From NCBI GenBank assembly GCA_049303675.1, contig JBAQNJ010000001.1:600711-664710 (forward strand): a DNA stretch of 64,000 nucleotides. The letters are read 5' to 3'. Source of the stretch: Microgenomates group bacterium. Its GTDB lineage: Bacteria > Patescibacteriota > Microgenomatia > UBA12405. The notes under the pieces are model-generated. The model searched no databases. It was not told the origin of the DNA and saw only the letters and a program-made list of their open reading frames with translations. Each line of letters begins with the position of its first letter. Positions within the stretch are counted from its first letter, which is position 1. Of this stretch, positions 55,534 through 64,000 are shown one piece after another. Made by a program: the position numbers and the translations under genes.

Positions 55534-56607
55534 ATGACCGATATCTCAGAGTTAAACAAACAATTAACCTCAATTAAAACCAAGTTAAACTTTGAAAACC
55601 TCAAAGTCTCTGCCACAGAATTAAAGTTAAAATCAATCGACCCCTCCCTCTGGGACAACGCTTCCACGGCCGCCCAAACCATGCAACAACTGAGTCTGTT
55701 GGAGAAGACTATCCACGATATTGATAGTGTCCAAACCCGTCTAAATGATTTACAGGAATTACAGCAAATCATAATCGATAGTCAGGACCACAGCTATCAA
55801 TTAGAGTTTGATAGCTCCATTTCCGAACTCAAGGAGTTAATATCCTTGCTAGAGTTACAGACATATTTATCTGGAAGATACGACAAAAACTATGCATTGT
55901 TGTCTATACACTCTGGTCAGGGTGGCACCGAAGCCATGGACTGGGCCTCCATGCTCCAACGGATGTATCTGCGCTATTTTGAGAGAAAAGGCTGGAAATT
56001 TGAACTACTCGATATCACCATGGGCGAAGAGGCGGGCATCAAGTCCGTCTATTTCAAAGTCAATGAAATTTTTGCTTATGGCTATTTACGCGGCGAATCT
56101 GGCACCCACCGTCTAGTTAGACTCTCACCCTTCAATGCTGATCAACTTCGTCAAACTTCCTTTGCCAAAGTTGAAGTCACCCCTTTTATTGAGAATTCCG
56201 CCGACGTTGATCTCCGTCCCGAAGATATTGATTTTTCTGCCTACCGTGCCGGTGGCAATGGTGGCCAGAATGTCAACAAAGTCAGTTCCGCCGTCCGCTT
56301 AACCCATCGACCTACCGGTATCACCGTTTCTTGCCAAAGCCAACGTTCCCAAGAACAGAATCGACTTGTCGCCCTGCAGATGCTCAGCTCAAAAATATGG
56401 GCCATCGAGCAGGAGCGCCAACGCGTCGAGCGTCAAAATATCAAGGGCGACAATATTATCGCCGGTTGGGGACACCAAATTCGCTCTTATGTATTACACC
56501 CCTACAAAATGGTCAAGGATTTGCGGACTCGCTATGAAACATCCGATACCACCGCCATTCTCGATGGCGACCTCGACGAATTTATTCATTCCGAGCTTAA
56601 ACTCTAA
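55534..56607 (+). CDS. prfB: peptide chain release factor 2 (uninterrupted frame)
   Basis: SPF tripeptide motif ([10 protein letters not shown]) and GGQ motif ([13 protein letters not shown]). Continuous 357-aa ORF without the +1 programmed frameshift. Confidence 0.85.
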   Translation: MTDISELNKQLTSIKTKLNFENLKVSATELKLKSIDPSLWDNASTAAQTMQQLSLLEKTIHDIDSVQTRLNDLQELQQIIIDSQDHSYQLEFDSSISELKELISLLELQTYLSGRYDKNYALLSIHSGQGGTEAMDWASMLQRMYLRYFERKGWKFELLDITMGEEAGIKSVYFKVNEIFAYGYLRGESGTHRLVRLSPFNADQLRQTSFAKVEVTPFIENSADVDLRPEDIDFSAYRAGGNGGQNVNKVSSAVRLTHRPTGITVSCQSQRSQEQNRLVALQMLSSKIWAIEQERQRVERQNIKGDNIIAGWGHQIRSYVLHPYKMVKDLRTRYETSDTTAILDGDLDEFIHSELKL

Positions 56608-57608
56608 TGTTCAAAAGAATCGCCCTTTTTTTATTTATATTAGTTTTCTTTTTACTCTTTTCATTTTTCTTTTTACTTTACAAACTATCGACTCGCACCC
56701 ATACACCACTGACCTATTTCCCCACCCAAATATATAGTTCCCTTAAAAATCCCACCATTACCACTGACTTTAATTTTTTAGTCCTCGGTATTGATCCTCG
56801 TTACGATCTCTTAGAAAAAACCATGACCTCCGACACCATTATGATTGGTCGACTCAATTCAAATCTACATCTAAATATTATCTCTATTCCCCGAGATTTA
56901 TGGGTATATTCACTTAGCTCCAAAGTTAATGAAATCTACCAAAAATCTACCAGTCGTAGTCAGGTTCTTAGCCGATTTTCCGAATTAACCGGTCAACGCC
57001 TCGACAAATATGTCCTTATTTCTACCGACAATCTCGTCAAATTAACAACTCTCATTGGCGGAGTTGACGTCACTCTTGACCAAGCTTATACCGATACCAA
57101 ATATCCCAACCCTGCCTATATAGCTACCCCTTCAACCAAAGTTCCTATGTATATTACTATTAGTTTCCAAAAAGGTCTTAACCATCTTCAGGCCGACAAT
57201 ATTGCTGCTTTTGTCCGTTCCCGAAAAGGCCAGACCAGCGATGGGGTAGAAAGTACCGATATTGGCCGCACCATCCGCCAACAGTTGCTCTTAGATGCCA
57301 TTCTGGCCAAGATAAAATCTCCTGATTTTTATCAAAATCCGACTAACCTCCTGAATTTGTATAATTTTTGGCATTCCCAAATTGACAGCAATATCACCGA
57401 TCAAGACATATTTTCCCTGATTTTTCATAGTCGAAAAGCCCTCTTAAACATCAAATTAAACAAAACTACCATCCCCGCCAGCGAGAGTACCCCCAGCGGC
57501 ATCATCTACCACCCTGCCTCATTTTCTAGTCAACAGTGGGTCTATGTCCCCCAAGATAAAAATTATTTGAGTTTTCAACAATACATTTCTGATTTTCTTG
57601 CCCAATAG
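56607..57608 (+). CDS. LytR-CpsA-Psr (LCP) family protein
   Basis: N-terminal TM helix and LCP core FNFLVLGIDPRYD ... SDTIMIGRLNSN ... IISIPRDLWV. Confidence 0.75.
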   Translation: MFKRIALFLFILVFFLLFSFFFLLYKLSTRTHTPLTYFPTQIYSSLKNPTITTDFNFLVLGIDPRYDLLEKTMTSDTIMIGRLNSNLHLNIISIPRDLWVYSLSSKVNEIYQKSTSRSQVLSRFSELTGQRLDKYVLISTDNLVKLTTLIGGVDVTLDQAYTDTKYPNPAYIATPSTKVPMYITISFQKGLNHLQADNIAAFVRSRKGQTSDGVESTDIGRTIRQQLLLDAILAKIKSPDFYQNPTNLLNLYNFWHSQIDSNITDQDIFSLIFHSRKALLNIKLNKTTIPASESTPSGIIYHPASFSSQQWVYVPQDKNYLSFQQYISDFLAQ

Positions 57609-57642
57609 TTTGCTATACTGAAATATTAGTATTTATATTAAT

Positions 57643-58119
57643 ATGGATATACCCAATCTCGCTGCCAATCAACCAAATTTATCTGACTCTCAAATTAGCT
57701 TTTCTCTGCCCGCCATTATTCTAGTAGTTGTTTTTTCGATATTTACTGGTTTTTGGCTTTCCCGATTTTTTCCACCCAAAACATCGCCAATTATCAGCAC
57801 TACTGTCTCAGATGTCACCACTGTTTCCACCGACAAAATTACTGACTCCAGTCAATTAACTGTCGGCACCGTCTATGGTAATAGCCAAAAAACATACAAG
57901 GATTCAGCTACCGGAACAGTTGAAAAAGGCTCTATCAATGGTGAGGGAACCCATATTCTCATCCGTGCCGGCGGTGCTTCCCAGCGAGCATCCCTCATTT
58001 CATCTTCAGTCGACCTCGATTTATTTATTGGTAAAAAAGTTGAAATCAAGGGCGAAACTAACGCCTCCACCAAGACATCCTGGCTCTTAGATGTCGGTAG
58101 TATCAAAATTCTGGAATAA
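57643..58119 (+). CDS. hypothetical membrane-anchored protein
   Basis: One TM helix, then a Ser/Thr-rich extracytoplasmic region. Confidence 0.4.
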   Translation: MDIPNLAANQPNLSDSQISFSLPAIILVVVFSIFTGFWLSRFFPPKTSPIISTTVSDVTTVSTDKITDSSQLTVGTVYGNSQKTYKDSATGTVEKGSINGEGTHILIRAGGASQRASLISSSVDLDLFIGKKVEIKGETNASTKTSWLLDVGSIKILE

Positions 58120-58121
58120 TC

Positions 58122-58829
58122 ATGAATGTTTTATTCAAAAATGTCACCAAACATTTTGGTTCCATAATCGCTCTTCAAGATATCAACTTTGAAGTCAAGT
58201 CTGGAGACTTTGTTTTTATAGTCGGTCCTTCTGGTGCTGGCAAATCAACTCTACTTAAAATTATTCTCACCCAATATTTCCCGAGCAGTGGTCAAGTATA
58301 TTTTGACGGCCATTTAATGGATTATCAGAACAAGTCACTTGTCGACAAATTGCGCCAAAACATCGGTGTAATTTTTCAGGACTACCAGCTCATAGCCGAC
58401 AAAACCATCGAAGAAAATATTGCCCTAGCCCTAGATATCAATGGTATTTCCGCTACCGAAATCCCCAGCAAGGTCGACAAAGCCATCGATTCTGTCTTTT
58501 TACAAACCCGCCGCCATCTCTTTCCTTCCCAGTTATCTGGTGGCGAGCTGCAAAGAGCCGCTCTTGCCCGAGCTCTGGCCATCGATCCCAAATTAATCCT
58601 CGCCGACGAGCCCACGGGCAATCTTGATCCCGAAAACTCTTGGAATCTAATTAAACTTCTCAAAGATATCAATGAAAAGCGGGGTACTACTATTATTATG
58701 ACTACCCACAACTTTGATATCGTCGAATCCCTCAATAAAAGAAAAATCTCCATGAAAAATAGTTCGATAGTTCATGATACCCAAGTAGCTCGGGTTAAAA
58801 AAATTAAAAAAAGGAGATTGACACAATGA
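58122..58829 (+). CDS. ftsE: cell division ATP-binding protein FtsE
   Basis: ABC ATPase: [30 protein letters not shown]. Immediately upstream of ftsX. Confidence 0.85.
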   Translation: MNVLFKNVTKHFGSIIALQDINFEVKSGDFVFIVGPSGAGKSTLLKIILTQYFPSSGQVYFDGHLMDYQNKSLVDKLRQNIGVIFQDYQLIADKTIEENIALALDINGISATEIPSKVDKAIDSVFLQTRRHLFPSQLSGGELQRAALARALAIDPKLILADEPTGNLDPENSWNLIKLLKDINEKRGTTIIMTTHNFDIVESLNKRKISMKNSSIVHDTQVARVKKIKKRRLTQ

Positions 58830-59698
58830 ACCTCTACCACAATACCTGGCACCACATTCGCCGTTCCCCTTTTCAGAGCCTGACCGCCATTGCCGTTATG
58901 ACCATTAGTTTTTTTACTTTTAGTACTTTCACTATTATCAGTCACGGCATGAATACACTCTTAAATTACTTTGAGACCAAGCCAGAAATTACCATCTTTC
59001 TCAAAGATGGTCTCGACAAATCCACCATTGAAAATATTCAAACCGAAATCAGCAATTATCCCAGTGTCAAAGAAATCAAGTTTATCTCCAAAGAAAAAGC
59101 CCTAGCCCTTTATCAAGAACAAAATAAAAACAGCCCCATGCTCACCGAAATGGTTACTGCCAGTATCTTACCGGCATCCTTCGAAGTTTCCGTTTCTGAT
59201 GTCAAGGTTCTCGAACAAATTTCACAAAATTTTACAGCCAAGAAGGATCAGGTTGACGAAATAATTTACCAAAAAGATATTATCAACTCACTCCTTGGCT
59301 GGACCAATGTTATCCGAAAAATCGGTATTGTTTCTGTTTCTATTTTTGGGACACTCACCTTTTTTGTCATTCTCATCATCATCAGCATGAAAATAACCTC
59401 CCGTAAAGAGGAAATAAAAATAAGTCGACTCCTAGGCGCTTCACACCATTATGTTATTGCTCCATTTTTATTCGAAGGTACTATTTACGGCCTAATTGGT
59501 GGACTTATTGGCCCCCTTCTTAGTCTCAGTCTGTTTGCCCTCTACTCCTCAAACATCAACAATTTTTTTGACCCTGTCAAATTTATTAATATAGATTTTC
59601 AATTTTTTATAATCATTTGGTTTACCTCCGAAATAGCCGCTGTTACTATCGGTTATCTCAGTAGTTTTATTGGATCAAAACGATATATAAAATATTGA
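58826..59698 (+). CDS. ftsX: cell division permease FtsX
   Basis: Four-TM FtsX topology with a large periplasmic loop after TM1; ATGA overlap with ftsE. Confidence 0.8.
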   Translation: MNLYHNTWHHIRRSPFQSLTAIAVMTISFFTFSTFTIISHGMNTLLNYFETKPEITIFLKDGLDKSTIENIQTEISNYPSVKEIKFISKEKALALYQEQNKNSPMLTEMVTASILPASFEVSVSDVKVLEQISQNFTAKKDQVDEIIYQKDIINSLLGWTNVIRKIGIVSVSIFGTLTFFVILIIISMKITSRKEEIKISRLLGASHHYVIAPFLFEGTIYGLIGGLIGPLLSLSLFALYSSNINNFFDPVKFINIDFQFFIIIWFTSEIAAVTIGYLSSFIGSKRYIKY

Positions 59699-59702
59699 CT
59701 TA

Positions 59703-60785
59703 ATGATCCGAAAAATATTTTTAATTGCTCTAGTCTTAAGCCTTGTCTTCCCTCTTACTCTTCGGGCTGCCTCGACAGATGAGCTCACCCGCCAAATCGC
59801 CGAATATACTCAAAAGCTAGATGAGCTAGCCAAATCCAAAGATACTCTGGCCAATCAGATTAAGATAATTAATTCCCAAGTCTCCCTGACACTACTCAAG
59901 ATCACTCAGACCGAATCCAATATTAAAATCACCGAGACAGAAATAATTGACCTTGGCAGTAAAATCAGCCAGCTCGACCAATCTCTTAATCAGCTCACCT
60001 CCAAGTATATCGAAGAAGTCCAATCCAACTACAAACTATCCAAAAAATATTCTAGTCTCAGTATTTTTCTCACCAAAAATTTCAATGAATTTTGGCAGCA
60101 ATACAAATATATTAGTCTTATTCAAAAAAACAGTCAGGAGTCACTCGTCAATATGGAAACTGTTCGTTACAACTATGATACCCAAAAACAACAAAAAGAA
60201 AAAAAACAGCAAGAACTCGAGGCTCTAAAAATAAAACTAGCCGATCAAAACAGCAGCCTGACCAAGCAAAAACAATCCAAAGCCAATCTCCTTGAAATAA
60301 CTAAAAACAATGAAGTCAAATATCAGCAACTCAAAAAATCTGCCGAAAACGAGTTGTCCTCCCTTCTCAAAGCTCAGTTTGTCGGCAAACGCAATGTCAA
60401 GGCTGGTGATCCGCTCGGCCTGATGGGTAATAGCGGCTATTCATTTGGAGATCATCTCCATTTTGGGCTCTACAATCTAAGTGAAAGTAATCTGTCTTCG
60501 TGGACCTACCAAAGTGATATCGATTCTAGTGAATATCTCTCCCGTCACCTTTGGCCCATGAATGATCCTCTGACTCTTACCCAAGGCCGTGGCAATACCA
60601 AATATTCCTACTTGTACGCCGATCGCTTCCATCATGGCATCGATATGGTTTCCCCCAACAAGACAATTAGAGCTGTCAACGATGGTGTTGCCTATTTTTT
60701 TAGAAACCCCAGCAGTAGTCTCGGTAATCACGTCAAGCTATTCCATCCCGATGGCAAAATGACCCTCTACCTTCACATGCAATAA
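59703..60785 (+). CDS. M23 peptidase with N-terminal coiled-coil (EnvC-like)
   Basis: Signal peptide, long coiled-coil, and C-terminal LytM/M23 domain (HHGIDMVSPNKTIRAVNDGVAYF ... HLHFG). Genomic linkage to ftsEX. Confidence 0.75.
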   Translation: MIRKIFLIALVLSLVFPLTLRAASTDELTRQIAEYTQKLDELAKSKDTLANQIKIINSQVSLTLLKITQTESNIKITETEIIDLGSKISQLDQSLNQLTSKYIEEVQSNYKLSKKYSSLSIFLTKNFNEFWQQYKYISLIQKNSQESLVNMETVRYNYDTQKQQKEKKQQELEALKIKLADQNSSLTKQKQSKANLLEITKNNEVKYQQLKKSAENELSSLLKAQFVGKRNVKAGDPLGLMGNSGYSFGDHLHFGLYNLSESNLSSWTYQSDIDSSEYLSRHLWPMNDPLTLTQGRGNTKYSYLYADRFHHGIDMVSPNKTIRAVNDGVAYFFRNPSSSLGNHVKLFHPDGKMTLYLHMQ

Positions 60786-60789
60786 AACC

Positions 60790-61422
60790 TTAGTAGCCTC
60801 GAATATATTTTCGCAAGCCCATCGCCCCAGTCATCCCCAAAACAGCCATAATTGAATTAAAAATTAGCGACTCATTTCCGGTCACTGGCATAGTTTTACT
60901 ACCTACAAAATAGCTAGCACTATCACAGTCGCTCACCACACTATTTTCCACACAGGCTTTGTTAATTTGTTTTATCTCGCTCATATAATTCGTTACCGGC
61001 ACGTCTTTGACAATAGCGATTACATAAAAGTGTCTTGACTCGCCCGACTTCAATATCGAAATATTTGTTTTCAAAGTATTATTGGCATAATCACCAAAAT
61101 AATATTGTAGCTTCAAGTACAAAGGCAAGATATCATTCAGCTTCAAGTCATACAACGTTTCCTTACCTCTGTTTTCAACATCAATTGTAAATTCAATTTG
61201 ATCTCCCTCGACAAAAACAAATTCATCTTTACCAATGTTATCTTGCAAAATATTTTTACTTGATAGACGGATTTTCTTATCAACTACCACCACTGGAGTA
61301 TCATTATTAGTACCATAATATTGAGCCATAACATTTTTTGGACCATAGAAACGTCCGGCAATCATCACCAAAGCTAACATGCAAATTATTTTAAAGTTAT
61401 TAATCATATATGTGTATAGCAC
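60790..61422 (-). CDS. secreted protein with C-terminal sortase-type sorting signal (MPVTG + TM + basic tail)
   Basis: Signal peptide. C-terminus KTMPVTGNESLIFNSIMAVLGMTGAMGLRKYIRGY has an LPxTG-like pentapeptide, then a hydrophobic stretch and RK-rich tail. Confidence 0.55.
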   Translation of the reverse strand: MLYTYMINNFKIICMLALVMIAGRFYGPKNVMAQYYGTNNDTPVVVVDKKIRLSSKNILQDNIGKDEFVFVEGDQIEFTIDVENRGKETLYDLKLNDILPLYLKLQYYFGDYANNTLKTNISILKSGESRHFYVIAIVKDVPVTNYMSEIKQINKACVENSVVSDCDSASYFVGSKTMPVTGNESLIFNSIMAVLGMTGAMGLRKYIRGY

Positions 61423-61491
61423 TTAATTACAGGATATTATACCAACAAAAATACATAAGTCAAGCCTATTACCTATTTGTTATACTAATCC

Positions 61492-62220
61492 ATGACCAAG
61501 TATCTCCTACCCGAGCTTTCGCTCTATTTGCTCTGTTACAACGAAGAAAAAAACATCGCCAAGACTTTTACCAGTTCAGTCGAGGTTCTCAAAAAAACAG
61601 CCAAAAAGTGGGAAATAATTTTGGTCAATGACGGTTCCACTGATAATTCAGCCACGATTCTCCGTTCACTCCAGTCTCAATATCCCCAAAATGTCAAAAT
61701 AGTCACCCATCCTCACAACCGTGGTTATGGTGCTGCCTTCAAATCAGGGGCCTATCATTGTCAATATGAGTGGATTAGTTTTATCGATGGCGATGGTCAG
61801 TTTGATTACTCTGAGATTGATCGACTTATCACTACCCAAAAATCAACCCATGCCGACTTAGTCATTGGCTACTACAAGCAGCGCCAAGTTCCCTGGTTCA
61901 GATTATGGGGTACGGCCCTCTGGCAACTGGCTGTATTTTTTTTCTTTCGACTCAATGTTCGCGATATTGATTGTGGTTTCAAGCTATTTTCCCAGAAAGT
62001 TATCAATACTATTCCCTCTCTCGAGGCAGAGAGGGGACCATTTATTTCCTCTGAGTTTCTCCTCAAATCCAAAAAATCAGGCTTCAAAATTGTCGAGGTC
62101 GGTGTCACCCACTACCCTCGAACAGAAGGTCAGGGGACAGGTGCCAATTTAAATGTTGTCTTAGCCGGACTTGTCGATCTAGTTCGACTTTGGTACAAGC
62201 TAAACTTTAAAAATGCTTAA
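61492..62220 (+). CDS. family 2 glycosyltransferase
   Basis: LSLYLLCYNEEKNI ... ILVNDGSTDNS ... FIDGDGQ. Confidence 0.8.
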   Translation: MTKYLLPELSLYLLCYNEEKNIAKTFTSSVEVLKKTAKKWEIILVNDGSTDNSATILRSLQSQYPQNVKIVTHPHNRGYGAAFKSGAYHCQYEWISFIDGDGQFDYSEIDRLITTQKSTHADLVIGYYKQRQVPWFRLWGTALWQLAVFFFFRLNVRDIDCGFKLFSQKVINTIPSLEAERGPFISSEFLLKSKKSGFKIVEVGVTHYPRTEGQGTGANLNVVLAGLVDLVRLWYKLNFKNA

Positions 62221-63649
62221 ATTTATCAAAAAACACTGGATTGTTATTTCCATAATAATTCTAGCCATTTTTACCAGATTTTACAAAATATATGATTATG
62301 CCGAGTTTCTTGGTGATCAGGGTCGCGATGTTGTTATTGTTTCTTATTTTCTCAAAAATGGCGACCTCTTTTTTATTGGCCCCCAAACCAGTATCGGCAA
62401 TATGTATCTCGGTCCCTTCTATTACTATCTTTTTATGGTCCCTGGACTGCTCCTCAGTTGGTTTAATCCACTCGGTCCTGCCTTAATCGTGGCTGCCCTT
62501 GGGGTTCTCACCGTCTTTTTTGTTTATCACTATTCACAGGAGTGGTTCAACACCCAAACGGCCATTGTCGCCTCACTGTTGTATGCTCTTTCCCCAGTCG
62601 TTATCAAGTACAGCACTTTCTCTTGGAACCCCAACATTATGCCCCTGTTTGCTCTATTGTTTATCCACTTTATACTTCAGAAAAAATATATTTATGCCTC
62701 AATTGCCTTCATTATTTGTCTAAATTCTCATTTTTTAGCATTACTTTTGTTACCTACTGCCTTAATCATTATGGTTTATCAAAAAAGCTTTCCTGTTAAA
62801 GAGCTATTGATCGCCCTTGCTATTTTTCTAATTTCACTCACCCCCCAAATTCTCTTTGACATCAAGCATCAAGGTCAAAATATCAACGCCTTTATTCATT
62901 TTTTTAGCCAACGGGAGACAACTATCAATCTCAAACCTTACAAGGCGATACCCTTAGTAGTTCCCTTGTTCAATCAGGTCAATACTCGTCTTCTGGCCGG
63001 CAAGGATACCAATTTCGGTTATCTTCTCAGCCTGATTTTTTTAACCCTAATTGTAGTTGATATCTTCTCCCAATATCGTCATCGTCGACCAAACATTTAT
63101 TTGATTGCGCTTTATCTCTGGCTGGCAATCAGTTTAGTAGGTCTGGCTCTCTACAAGCAACATATTTATGACCATTATTTTGGATTTATCTATCCGGCAG
63201 TTATTATCCTTTTTAGTTATCTAATTACTCGGCTGCCTCCACTTGTCTTTACCCCAATTCTTATATTAACCATCAGCTTTTCCCTTATCCAAAACCCGCT
63301 TCGTTGGCCAGCACCGCGACAAATGGCTACTACTCTCCAAATCACCCGATCGATAGTTGATAGTGCCGGTACCGAACCATTCAATTTTTCACTCTTGGCC
63401 AAAATGAACTATGATCCAGGTTATCGTTACTATTTTCAACTAAATGATGCCCCAGTTCAGCTCCTCCAAAACAAAATTACCGAGCAGCTGTTTGTAGTTT
63501 GCGAACCCTTCCAAATAGATTGCCAGCCTATCAACAATCCTGAATGGTCAATTGCCGCCTTTGGTTGGGCCAAAGTTGACAAGCAGTGGGAGATTAATGG
63601 CATAAAGATATTTCGCCTAGTCCACAATGTCGATATTAAGAAAACATAA
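62213..63649 (+). CDS. GT-C family membrane glycosyltransferase (ArnT-like)
   Basis: TM1 followed by FLGDQGRDVVIVSYF loop and ~12 TM helices. Paralogous to the partial gene at the window end. Confidence 0.6.
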   Translation: MLKFIKKHWIVISIIILAIFTRFYKIYDYAEFLGDQGRDVVIVSYFLKNGDLFFIGPQTSIGNMYLGPFYYYLFMVPGLLLSWFNPLGPALIVAALGVLTVFFVYHYSQEWFNTQTAIVASLLYALSPVVIKYSTFSWNPNIMPLFALLFIHFILQKKYIYASIAFIICLNSHFLALLLLPTALIIMVYQKSFPVKELLIALAIFLISLTPQILFDIKHQGQNINAFIHFFSQRETTINLKPYKAIPLVVPLFNQVNTRLLAGKDTNFGYLLSLIFLTLIVVDIFSQYRHRRPNIYLIALYLWLAISLVGLALYKQHIYDHYFGFIYPAVIILFSYLITRLPPLVFTPILILTISFSLIQNPLRWPAPRQMATTLQITRSIVDSAGTEPFNFSLLAKMNYDPGYRYYFQLNDAPVQLLQNKITEQLFVVCEPFQIDCQPINNPEWSIAAFGWAKVDKQWEINGIKIFRLVHNVDIKKT

Positions 63650-64000
63650 ACTAATTATCCTAATTTGGATAGCCGGATTTTTTTTGCGTTGCTACAATCA
63701 GCCCCTTCATCTTGGTTTTTACTATGATCAAGGCCGTGACGCCCAAGTTGCCTCCGATATAATTTCTCTGAAAAATTTACCTACCATTGGGCCCACCACT
63801 GGCATCAAAGGCTTATATCTCGGTCCATTTTGGTTCTATCTAATCACCCCGGGCTATTTATTTGGACAGGGTGATCCAAGCATTGCCAGTTACTTTATCG
63901 CCTTTATTGAAAGCCTAACCATCCCCCTAATTTTTTATTTTGTCTCCACTGCCTATAGTCAAAATTCCGCCTACTTGGCCTCGACTATCTGGGCCTTTAG
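63627..64000 (+). CDS. GT-C family membrane glycosyltransferase paralog (5' part, continues beyond window)
   Basis: MSILRKHKLIILIWIAGFFLRCYNQPLHLGFYYDQGRDAQVASDII parallels the N-terminus of the upstream gene (FYKIYDYAEFLGDQGRDVVIVSYF). Confidence 0.55.
   Translation, partial: MSILRKHKLIILIWIAGFFLRCYNQPLHLGFYYDQGRDAQVASDIISLKNLPTIGPTTGIKGLYLGPFWFYLITPGYLFGQGDPSIASYFIAFIESLTIPLIFYFVSTAYSQNSAYLASTIWAF

Noticed and set aside
1-64000. CRISPR arrays, rRNA genes, transposases or integrases, prophage genes
   Set aside because: I searched by eye for regularly spaced direct repeats of 25-40 nt, for 16S/23S/5S signatures, and for DDE/tyrosine-recombinase motifs. None were found, and the only repeats are the dispersed palindromic families described above.

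Overview
This 64 kb window reads as a compact, low-GC bacterial chromosome segment dominated by single-copy housekeeping genes, and the gene repertoire is consistent with a Candidate Phyla Radiation / Patescibacteria-like organism (inference only). Recognisable genes include dus, trxA, rlmN, obg, mscL, era, lon, argS, ssb, ung, lepB, dprA, comM/yifB, uvrB, uvrA, uvrC, tyrS, greA, lysS, serS, secA, typA, prfB, ftsEX plus an EnvC-like M23 peptidase, one tRNA-Glu(CUC), a sortase with a candidate substrate, and an LCP protein. There are many GT2 and GT-C glycosyltransferase membrane proteins, several small secreted or membrane hypothetical proteins, and no rRNA or CRISPR array. Many genes overlap by 1-4 nt (ATGA, TAATG), and several look leaderless, with a -10 box directly upstream of the ATG and no Shine-Dalgarno sequence. 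The most striking signal is a family of seven copies of a ~34-48 nt structured palindromic repeat (an 8-bp stem with a GUUA loop followed by a conserved AGGGATTG box), all in the same orientation. Five copies are intergenic and two sit in-frame inside the rlmN and uvrA coding sequences, where both encode SPLVKGG. Stem covariation between copies supports a selected hairpin, reminiscent of REP elements or Rickettsia RPE elements. Further observations are a B3/4-domain fusion on ArgRS, a LysRS with a C-terminal tRNA-binding domain, an archaeal-type TyrRS, a second repeat family (TTTGCCT...AATCCCGATTTATCGGGA) near greA and secA, a GraL-like promoter/hairpin/terminator arrangement in the greA leader, three small divergent genes between uvrB and uvrA that share a 19-nt upstream motif, and two hairpin-rich intergenic regions that may hold ncRNAs.
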